DNA of 64,000 nucleotides, taken from NCBI GenBank assembly GCA_964016885.1, contig OZ024744.1:126418001-126482000 (forward strand), written 5' to 3'. The position numbers and the translations under genes were made by a program. This DNA comes from Eledone cirrhosa. Taxonomy: Eukaryota. This document shows, piece by piece, positions 51,501-64,000 of this stretch; the stretch's first letter is position 1; every line of letters begins with the position of its first letter. The notes beneath the pieces were generated by a model. The model made no database searches. It was given only the letters and a program-made list of their open reading frames with translations, and was not told the DNA's origin.

Positions 51501-54378
51501 GTTGGCTGAAAAGTTCATAGACTATCAATGATAGCATGATGCTAGAGCTGTGAAATCTTGCCTGCATTAATTTCAACTCTTCTTATTAATAACTGCATTG
51601 TTTCCTTCCAGGGACTATGTTGAAAAATAAACCTCATTTGGTCATTCCATGAGTGTATCTTGGTCTGCCTATGAACTTTTCAGCTGACCCTATTCAGCAT
51701 CAGTGAGCCCAAATGCCCCATTATCATCCTGGACACACTTTACCCCAACATCACAATTTGCCCTCACACACTGCCTCACAATCCTGAACATCTCATGTAT
51801 TTCATCCTCACATCATAAAACCAACTGAAATTATATATTCTCTGCTTCCCTCCTTGCAAAGAATACTTCTTGCCTAGCTTCCTGTAGTGTACCCTCCAGC
51901 TGCCTCCATTCTGCCATTATTCCATGCCTGTCTCTTGGCCTTAACTGTCTCATCTACCCTAGTGTTTCACCACCAAGATACTCTCCTCTCTGAAGCCCTG
52001 CTCCAGCCACAGATCTAGTTTGACACCTTCAGCAAAGGTTCTTTAAGGAACTCCCACTGTTCCCCTATATTGTATGTTTCTATTTGTTCTTCCTTACTGT
52101 TGTAAAGATCAAACAAAATATCTCTAAATTTGGAACTGGCTGAGGGGTCCTTTAACTTCCATATCCTTCTCCTCCAAGTTGCCCTCAGTCTTCAAGTTCA
52201 TCTAAGTCTATGAAATCACTAACTACTGGGTTATGTTGGGAGGTGCATTCTTCCCCAGGGGGTGGGGATTGTGTGTTTACAAATGTCAATATCTCATCTT
52301 CTGGTGAGGATAAAAATCTGACTGGCATGCTCCTCTGACCAATAGGTGTTGAAGTGGTTGTCGGGTAAACGTTAAGACCCTCTGATATACATATATATAT
52401 ATATATACTAGCAGTGGTACCCGGCGTTGCACGGGATAACGTATTTCGGAACGCGGGCCGCCATCTTCCACTTCAGCCGGTCGCCCTAAAGTGTTGGCTA
52501 TTCAGTCTACTTGAGGCCAGTTGGTGAGGGGGGGTAAAGCTTTCAGTGTGCTACTACCCTCACGGTCAAATAGAAAGGGAGAGGAAGAAAAGTCAGCGTT
52601 AATATCGTGCTACACGTTTGAAAGGTTGGATGACCTTAGAGTTCACCAGGGTGGGGGGTTCTAAAAGTATCTATCTTGGTATTTTATCTTAGAAGTAATC
52701 ATTACAGAGTGTACTGGGTGTATTTTAGTGGGCAGTAATTCCATAAAGAACACAGTATAATCTGTGGACACAAGCCTTGCAGTGTGATTACAGGCAGGTT
52801 AATGGGAAAGATAGATTATATATGTGACATGATGTACATGAGAAGTGAGGACACAGACCACACATGAAATAGATTCCTACAACTGTCAGGGAGGCTCCCT
52901 AGAATTACAGATGACATATTTCAATATCTCGGTGATCAAGTTAGCAGTGGAGGAAGAATCTCTAAAAGTGTAATACCCAGGATAAGGACAGGCTGGAAGA
53001 AGTTTAGAGTACTGTTCCATCTGTTGACAACAAAGGGCTTCTCTCTCAGAATGGAGGCTAGACTGCTTGATACTTATGTGTGGTCTGCAATCTACACCCC
53101 AGCCATGCCCCTTCCACTACCACTCCTTAGCTATTTCTCTCCATTAATACTCCTCACATTTCAAGCAGTTTTCTCATCTCAATGAAAGAAAAATATTGGG
53201 CTCAAGAGAAGTCTTCAGTTATGCCATGGTGTGGCAACCTCCCTAGGGTTGGGCAGAGTGTAAATGAGAGTGAAATTAGGTATGAGAGGGATCATATGCA
53301 GTATACAAGAGAGTAGATTACATTGGTATGGTCATGTGATGGGTATAAAGGATGACAGCTGTATAAAAATGTGCTGGGCAATCAAAGTTGATGGAAGTTA
53401 TGAAGGCGGAAGACCCAGGATGACCTGGGATGAGGTGATAAAAGATGACTTTGCACAATTGCAACTCTCAAAGACAATGACACAGGATAGAGATCTTGAG
53501 ATGTATGCAGCAATACAGAAGGCCTGCTTTCCAATGTGCACGGACTCAAACATACATCTAGTAGGCCCCTCCTAACCACTATACTCCTTTCCAAACTCCC
53601 ACACTCCCACTTCTGTACACACCACCTTTAGACTGTAAAGTGGTAGTGTACAAGTCACAACAAAAGCACCCAGTCCACTCTGTAAAGTTGATGTGTTGGT
53701 GTCATAACAAAAGGCACTCAGTCCACTCTGTAAAGAGGTTGTGTAAGTGTCACAACAAAGACATCTAGTCCACACTGTAAAGTGGTCATGTAGGTGTCAC
53801 AACAAAAAGTACCAGTCATTATTGTAAAGTGGTTGTATAGGTGTCATGTCAAAAAGCACCCAGTCCACCCTGTAAAGTGGTTGTGTAGGTGTCATGATAA
53901 AAAGCACCCAGTCCACACAGTAAAGTGGTCATGTAGGTGTCACTAAAAAAGCACCCAGTCTACTCTGTAAAGTGGTCATGTAGGTGTCATGACAAATAGC
54001 ACCCAGTCCACCCTGTAAAGTGTTCATGTAGGTGTCATGATGGAGAGTAACCAGTCCACAATGTAAAGTAGCCATGTAGCTGTCACAACAAAGCACCCAG
54101 TCCACACTGTAAAGTGGTCATGTAGGTGTCATTTCAAAAAGCACCCAGGTCCATGGCTTGGCCTGCTAACCGACGCTATACCCAAGTCGGTCGCCATGCT
54201 TTCCAGCATAGAGTTACGTCTCTTTATGGTCTGAGTTCAAATCACGCCGAGGTTAACTTTGCCTTTCATCCTTACGGGGTCGATAAAATAAAGCACCAGT
54301 AATGTACTGGGGTCGATTTAATCGACTTTCCCCTCCTCTGCCAAATGACACACACATGCATGGTTCGGGGGAACCTAC

Positions 54379-54414
<36 letters not shown>

Positions 54415-55293
54415 GTAGGTCACTGGTTGAGTCGGTATTAACCACACTAACTAAGGTACTCAATACATATTAGATATAGGTGTCTTTCTAATTGCTGGCC
54501 TTGTTCATAAGGTATACACAAGTATGATGTGTGTCTGTTTAACTGTACGTGTGAAAACATCGCGAAATTGCGCCTTTTAATATTTGAATATAAACAGTTA
54601 AAAAATAATTATTTTAGTAATTTTTAAATATCGATAATGTGTATATAAATATTAGAAATCAATTTAATTAGTTCAGTAACATTACTCGGAGTTAAGATAA
54701 ACCTTCATTTGAAGAAATTCGAGATTTGACCAAATAAATAGATTATGTGATCAATAAAAAAAATATGTATACGCGCTTGAACGACGGGTTGCAGACAGTC
54801 AGGCATACAGACACATATTTTAAAGCGTGCGACGTTAAAAGTGTTACTCTCTCTCTTTTTAGATAGATAGACTTAATTAAAGCAGTTTCACTCTCTCTAT
54901 ATTTCATCAGCTCCCTCTCTCTTAAATTGAAAGATTCATTAAGGCTGAAATAATCTAAACAGTAACATCATGTTTCGCCAGCTCTAGCTTGCGTCCAGAG
55001 ATATACACACACATATATATATATTTTTTTTGTTATCGAGTTGAGCTTTGCCAAGCATAGAATTCCAAATTTGACCATCTCCACTGAAAATGTTCGTGAA
55101 ATAGTCTTTAAGAAGCAATTTAATTTTTTCCAACTGAAACTGTAAGTATTTTAAAATTTATTTCAACATGGTCTTAAAAGATTGTTGGCTTTTTTTAAAT
55201 TCATAACTATTTACTATGAAATATAAATTATTAAATCCAATTTATTTGATAACCATGATTTGATTTTATAATTACCTGAATCACGTTAACATG

Positions 55294-55334
<41 letters not shown>

Positions 55335-55587
55335 GTGTGTGTATATATATATATATATAATAATTGTTTCTACGTTACGCAGTGTATTACTGGTACTGTA
55401 TTTTACGATATTAAATATTAAATATTAACTATTAGATATTAAATATTAAATATTAGATATTAGATATTAAATATTAAATATGATATCCCTGAAATATATA
55501 TAATGAAATAAATATGGTTTTATAAATGTAATTTCCATTTGTTTAATATCAAATATATATATATATATATATATGTATTTATGTATA

Positions 55588-55670
<83 letters not shown>

Positions 55671-55900
55671 GAGGCAGACACAGACACAGAATATCGTATA
55701 TATCACACACACACAATTAAGACTTGACGTGTTGCAGACAGCCAGACATACAGAGAGATATTTTAAAGCGTGCGACCTTACATGCCTTACTCTTTCTCTT
55801 ATCAAAAGAGAAAGAGTAATGCTAACACTTACGTCTACTTCACGCTCTCTTGAACCGTTACAGAAATTGCATCACATCTAATTATAACTTTGTACGTTTG

Positions 55901-55975
<75 letters not shown>

Positions 55976-55981
55976 GCACAC

Positions 55982-56014
<33 letters not shown>

Positions 56015-56017
56015 CAC

Positions 56018-56061
<44 letters not shown>

Positions 56062-56098
56062 GTGTATATATATATATATATATACACACACACGTGTG

Positions 56099-56131
<33 letters not shown>

Positions 56132-56492
56132 GTGTGTGTATATATATATATATCTCTCTCTCCCTGTCTCTCACTCTGCCTCTATCCCCCCTCTCTCTCT
56201 CTGTCTCTCCCCCCCCCTCTCTCTCTCTAGTAGTAGAGAGAGAGAGAGATATAAACGTATAACCCTAAACCTAACCCATCTCTCTCACTCTCTCTCTCCC
56301 CCTCTCTCTCTCTTCTCTCTCTCACTCTCCCTCTACCCCTCCCTCTCTCTATTTCTCTCTCTCTCTCTCCAGTAGTAGAGAGAGACAAAGAGAGAGAGAG
56401 ATATAAACGTATAACCCTAACCAAACCCTAACCCAACTCTAACCCAACCCTAACCCTAACCCCAACCCTAACTCTAACCTAACCCTAACCCA

Positions 56493-56523
<31 letters not shown>

Positions 56524-56899
56524 ACCCCCTCTCTCTCTCTCTCTAGTAGTAGAGAGAGAGACAAAGAGAGAGAGAGAGATATAAACGTATAACCCTAACC
56601 CATCTCTCTCTCTCTATTTCTCCCCCCCTCTCTCTCTCTCTAGTAGTAGAGAGAGAGAGACAAAGAGAGAGAGAGATATAAACGTATAACCCTAACCCAA
56701 CCCTAACCTCTCTCTCTCCCCCCTCTCTCTCTCTATTCCCCCCCTCTCTCTCTCTCTCTAGTAGTAGAGAGAGAGACAGAGAGAGAGAGAGAGATAGATA
56801 TAAACGTATAACCCTAACCCAACCCTAACCCATCTCTCTCTCTCTCTCTCTCTCTCTTTGTTTTTAACATTGTTTTGTTTTTCTTTTCTTTTCTTATTC
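43872..56899 (+). repeat. ~13-kb near-identical duplicate of ~10938-23965 (offset 32934)
   Basis: All ORFs are reproduced at a constant offset, including microsatellite-derived ones (22916 to 55850). The copy ends at the N gap. Confidence 0.95.
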
Positions 56900-57099
56900 N
56901 NNNNNNNNNNNNNNNNNNNNNNNNNNNNNNNNNNNNNNNNNNNNNNNNNNNNNNNNNNNNNNNNNNNNNNNNNNNNNNNNNNNNNNNNNNNNNNNNNNNN
57001 NNNNNNNNNNNNNNNNNNNNNNNNNNNNNNNNNNNNNNNNNNNNNNNNNNNNNNNNNNNNNNNNNNNNNNNNNNNNNNNNNNNNNNNNNNNNNNNNNNN
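56900..57099. other. Assembly gap (200 N)
   Basis: Run of N. Confidence 1.
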
Positions 57100-57633
<534 letters not shown>

Positions 57634-59549
57634 ATTTCTAGCTAGTGATCTTTACATAAAGGATTCTCACCGCTTTTACTTATATATTAAGAAATGTAGA
57701 TATCGTTAATATATGCTATGTAGTCTAATATAGAAAGGGTCCATAAAAGACTGCAGAACTCCGCTTTGTTCTTCTACAAAGTTGTAATATAGCATTCAGT
57801 TGGTACACGTAATAAGACATATGACAGCCCAAGACTGATTTTCGACGAAGAAAATTCAAGCATATATTATATAATTCAATCAGAGAGAGTGAGAGGCGGG
57901 GGGGGAGGGGGGGGGGGGTAGAGAGATGTGTGTGTAGAAATATGTGTGTAAGTGTTGTAATAAATCAAGATATTTCACTTCAGATAGAAAAGTTCACAAT
58001 GTTTGTGTTGTGGTGGAAAACGAAATAATACGTACTTTAGTTGTCAAGACCAAATATAAAGTCAAGAAAAGTTAGTAAAAACTAAATATTCACTGATTTC
58101 TGATTAAAATAATATTTTCCTGTCCTGTAAAATGTTGAACAACCACTTCAATATTTAATAATACAGGTGATAAAACAACAACTATAAGGTAAATAAGTCA
58201 CCTTATGTTATTTACAAACATTAACGTCCACCTTAATATGAAATAATCACCATAAAAGAGGAAGCGAGGGCATCGGCTCTCGGGATCCTGACTGGGATCT
58301 TTCGGCACCGCCTGAGCCAAGCGAGGCTTGGGCGTCAGGTAAGCTCGTTGTATCATCTGGTGGTGTGCTAGACGGCCGTGGCTTGGCAGACAAGGCGAAG
58401 AGACAGTTTCAGCTTCTCCACGCTGCGAGGGCACTGGAGGTTTGACGCGTCAAGAAAACACAGGTGAGGTGGTGGAAGCAGCCGCACCCCATCAGTTCCG
58501 GCCCCTCTCCCGTCTATTCGTGGTGCTGCAGGTGTCGACTGCAGGGGATGGAGGATTGGGGGGCATGAAGCGGCATCAGGGGTGAGTGGCTGGTTGTCAC
58601 CAGCCAAGTTGCTAGGCACAACTGTGTGGGTGGAAGGGAAAATGCTGATAAGAGGGCCTCATAGCTCACCTACATCAGATATGGAGGCATCAGAAGACAA
58701 GAGAGAAAAGAAGGGGTGCATGGAGAGGGGGGAGACACAAGAAGGTAGAATGTTAGCAAATAAATAAATGAATGAATGGATGAATATACAAAAAAGAAAA
58801 CAGGGGGTTGTTCCCAGCGGATAGACCCAGACTTCAGCACGCACACATGCGAGCATGTTAGCAGTTTCTCATAGAACCTTGTGGCTAAAGGTGAGTCTTT
58901 CAATCCTGAAAACATATGTGTTGTTATTGTCACTGATGCTGGAGTTGGCTTCCTCTTGTTAATGGTAGTGGTTGTGTTTGCTGGTAAGATTTTGGTGTAT
59001 AAACATATATGTTGTTGTTGTTAATGTCACCGCTGCTGTTGCTGCCTTCCTCTTGTTAATGGTAGTGATAATTGTTGGTGCTACCTATATCGGCTGTCAA
59101 GCTGGCTGCTGTATCAGCTTCTGTGAGTGACGCTCCAATGGCCTTCTTGACCAAAGATGCAGGTCAATGGCTCTTAAATATATTCTCTATTTTTTTTCTC
59201 TTTCTAATCCGATTCAATATCATCAATTGGAAAGACCAATGGAAACATTCTTTTCCTGGTCCAATGTGATGAGTTCCACTCCACTTGGTAAGTAAGGTTT
59301 GAGATGTTGAGATTTATTACAAAAAAAATCACTAAAATCAAGATACTGGGTTGGTATAACTACCTGGTTTGTATGTGTCTGTTGTGGTGTGGTGTGTTGT
59401 GTTGTGGTGTTTTGATGTGGTGTGTGCGTGTGCAGTGTGATATGTTGTTGATTGTGTGTAGTGTAAAGAGGAAATTACACACACATAGGACCTAGAAGGG
59501 GTGTGTGAGGACTCTACCCCCTTCAACCCTCTCAGAAATAAATGGCTCA

Positions 59550-62075
59550 AGAAAAAGAGAAGAAAGTTGTAAAGTATTTTCAAATGTGAATTATTTTTTT
59601 AAAAAGTCAAAATTTCAACTGTCATGAAAGTACCATCCAACAAATATTAAAGTTAAGCAATTGTTTTTATTTACACATGTGGATATTTTGTCATAAATAT
59701 AAATATAAACCAGTTAAGGTTTACTAAATAAACACATACAAACACATGAATGTTTTTTTTTTTTTAAATGATGTAGTCATAAGGGTGTCACTGGACATTT
59801 GAAGCTTGGTGGAGGCCTTCACTCTCCAGGTTTGAACAGATGATTTCTTCCAGAGGAGAGAGAATAAGAGGTAGGAAGTGAGATAGAAATATAGAGAGGT
59901 AAAACAGACCCCAGTGATAGACTGGTATTGTTTTTTATCAACCTTGAAAGGATGAAAGAAAGTTGACCTCAGCAGGATTTAAACTCAGAGAACAGAGAAC
60001 CAGAACAAATATGGCAGAAAACATTCTATCTATTGTTTTATAGACTTTAAATAAATGTTTCTGCTTTTAACTCAAGGCCAGCAATTTGAAGAGAAAGGGG
60101 AATGTTGTGAGAGCTTAACTCAAATCGTGAAGACTGGAAGAGGAGATGACGAAGGAGCGCATTTAGTGGAGAGATGTCATGCTAAGAAGGACCCGTCCAA
60201 CCCATGCAGGCATGGATAGTACATGTAATGATGATACACAAAATATACACAATATATATATATAAATAATATGTATATAGTGTATGTGCTACATATACAC
60301 AATATGCATCCAGCTGTAGAAATCAAGCCAGAATCAGTTCCCGTCTTACCCTTGCAAGCAGGGAAAAGTGAATGTAAAATGAAATGATGATGATGATGAA
60401 TGATAAATAATATGTATATAGTGTATGTGCTACATATACACTATATATATATATATATATATATATAATATGTATATAGTGTACATGCTACATATACACA
60501 AAATATACACTATATATATATATATATATGTATATAGTGTACGTGCTACATATACACAAAATATACACTATATATTTATATAAATACTATGTATATAATA
60601 TATGTGCTAGATATACACAATATATATACATATAAATAATATGTATATGCTATATATATACACTATATATATATATATAAATACTATGTATATAGTGTAT
60701 GTACCACATATACACAATATATACACTATATATATATAAATACTATGTATATAGTGTATGTAGCACATATACACAATATATACACTATATATATATCATC
60801 ATCATCGTTTAACGTCCATATTCCACGCTTGCATGGGTTTGGACGTGAGTTTTCCCACTTGAGGCAAGAGTGGTTGTCTTGCTAGCATAGGACTGTCTGG
60901 CGGGTTTTCTACGGCTGGATGCCCTTCCTAACACCAATCACATTTACAGTGTGGGGCTGGGAGTTTTTTACCGTGTTGCCTACACGGCCACATTACGGCG
61001 TGCACTGTGTGTTTTTTTGTCGTGACACCTACACGACCTCATTTGTTTCGGCCTGGATGTTGTGGTACCAACATAACTTTACATTGAAAGGGGTGGTGGT
61101 GGTGATGTGACGGGGGTGTATTTTGTTAGCGATGCCTACTGACTGTAGGTTTACTTTGTATTTAGGTAAGGCGGGTCTTCTCTATTACTGAGTATATATA
61201 TATAAATACTATGTATATAGTGTATAGTATATACACAATATATACACTATATATAAATACTGCATATATAAAGTATATGCTACATATAGACAATATATAA
61301 ACTATATATATACTACATACACATTATATATAATGTTGTCCAAGGGAATAGCTGAAACAGCTTGGTACCAATGACATCATAGATCATCATTTAATGTCAA
61401 CTTTCCCTGCTAGCAAGGGTGGGACAGGTCTTTACAAACCAGGGGGCAGTGGTTATTCTACATTCTACTGACTGTATTTTATTGTGGCACCAGTACTAAA
61501 GAGGTTGTCATGTCTTTGACAGAGCTGAAGAGTCCTCCTAAACCTTTGTTTGGCAAGAGAAGAAAGTTGTAAAGTATTTTCAAATGTGAATTATTTCTAA
61601 AAAAAGTCATAATTTCAACTGTCATGAAAGTACCATCAACAAATATTAAAGTTATAAAATTGTTTTTATTTACACATAAATGTGGATATTTTGTCATAAA
61701 TATAAACATAAACCAGTTAGTGTTTGTAAAATAAACACATATAAACACATCAATCTTGTTTTGTTTTTCTTGCACTGATGGAGTCATAGGGGTGTCACTG
61801 TGGACATTTGAAACTTGGTGGAGCCCTTCACTCACCAGGTTGGAACAGGTGATTTCTTCCAGAGAATGAGAGAGAGGAAGTGAGAAAGAAATATAGGGAG
61901 GAAGAACAGACCCCTGTGGTAGACTGGTACTTTTTTGTTATCAACCTTGAATGGATGAAAGGCAAAGTTGACCTCAGCAGGATTTAAACTCAGAGCAGAG
62001 AACCAGAACAAATATGGCAGAAAGCATTCCATCCATTGTTTTATAGACTTTAAATAAATGTTTCTACTTTTAAAT
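59550..62075. repeat. Diverged ~520-bp direct repeats (59550-60070 and 61555-62075) flanking AT-rich minisatellite and retroposon tails
   Basis: aagagaagaaagttgtaaagtattttcaaatgtgaatt ... gactttaaataaatgtttct is present twice. Confidence 0.8.
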
Positions 62076-62591
62076 CAACCCCAGTGCATTACTGGTACTT
62101 TTTTAAACCCAGAACATAAAGGGCTGTAACTATATGACACAAAGAATGTTGTCTGATGCTCTACAGATTCTGCCAATCCACCACCCTCAGCAATAAAATA
62201 AGATTGTGTCTCTATAAGAAACCTTAATGACAAATATGAAGTAGAACATTCTACAGAGTGTATTTGTGGATTACAATACAAAACCTGAGAATAATTTCCA
62301 ACATATTTCACCATAATAAATGTTCATTAATATATATTATTTCGTGGCATTCTTGAGATCATTAATCCCTACCTGAACATCCCTAGACATCTGATCTATG
62401 TAGGTCATTTCCAGTCATCTCACTAGGGTTTTACTATGTTTAGGTATCCACCACAGGAGCCAGCTCATCAGGTCATCCCTTCATTGGTAGGAATGTCTGG
62501 CATATCTTGTCCTTCGCTCCCTAGTTATTGTAGTAATCTTCAATATATGGCAGTATACTTCTTCCATTTGATAGAGTATATATATATATAG

Positions 62592-63040
62592 ATGCATATG
62601 AAGGATGACAGCTGCATTAAAAGGTGCAGAGCACTAAATGTCGCTGGAAGCCTTGGAGTGGGGAGATCCAGGAAGACCCGGGATGAGGTGATAAAAGCTG
62701 ACCTTGCCCAATTGCACCTCTCAAAAGCGATGACGCAGGACGGTGCCCTCTGGCATCATGCAGTAATACAGAAGACCTGACTTCACACGGCTACAAGCCG
62801 AAGCTGAAGCATATAGACAAATATGTCCTCATCCCCACCCACTGCAAAGTGGTCAACAAAAAAGCCCCCAGCCCCCAGATTAAAGTGGCTGTGTAGGCAC
62901 CATGGTAAAAAAGGCACCTAGCACACACAGTAAATGAGGTTTTGTGTTAAGAAGGACATCAAGCTGTAGAAATCAAGCCAAAATCAGTTCCCGTACGAGC
63001 AAGACGAGGTCTCATGACGTAAAACGGTGATAATAAGTAT
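62592..63040 (+). mobile_element. RTE LINE 3' end and tail
   Basis: ORF 62592 (DDSCIKRC...GRSRKT.DEVIK.D) is paralogous to ORF 20330. Confidence 0.7.
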
Positions 63041-63059
63041 AAGATAAGGATTTTTCAAG

Positions 63060-64000
<941 letters not shown>

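Noticed and set aside
58250-58620. Possible Gypsy pol fragment (GC-rich, minus strand)
   Set aside because: Only weak ADAL- and CQA-like hints, which is too little to support without a search.

Overview
This window is eukaryotic and dominated by repeats, and I can support no intact protein-coding gene in it. Octopus-type SINEs, PHD-bearing RTE LINEs, AT/CA microsatellites and tandem C2H2 zinc-finger arrays suggest a coleoid cephalopod, but this is an inference. Main components: (1) three blocks of a CpG-rich 1584-bp higher-order satellite (1-1370, 5028-12306, 38101-45240). Each unit is built from 196-bp monomers arranged as a large nested palindrome, and each block ends in a Helitron-type hairpin plus CTAG. 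(2) Nested near-identical duplications at offsets of 10937, ~4070 and 32934 bp, the last ending at an assembly gap (56900-57099). (3) A ~3.3-kb collapsed 'mini-rDNA' that starts directly at a (CCCTAA)n tract and runs through 172-bp GC-rich repeats, an 18S 5' end, a tandemly amplified mosaic of 18S/28S fragments and a 28S 3' end (33396-36820). (4) LINE debris (RTE, CR1, CRE, and an R4/Dong-like insertion with a twin-priming-type inversion), MITEs, SINEs, minisatellites and telomere-like repeats. (5) Two disrupted C2H2 zinc-finger arrays after the gap. Nearly all ORFs in the supplied track are by-products of repeats. Family names come from motif recognition by eye, not database searches, and boundaries are approximate unless stated.
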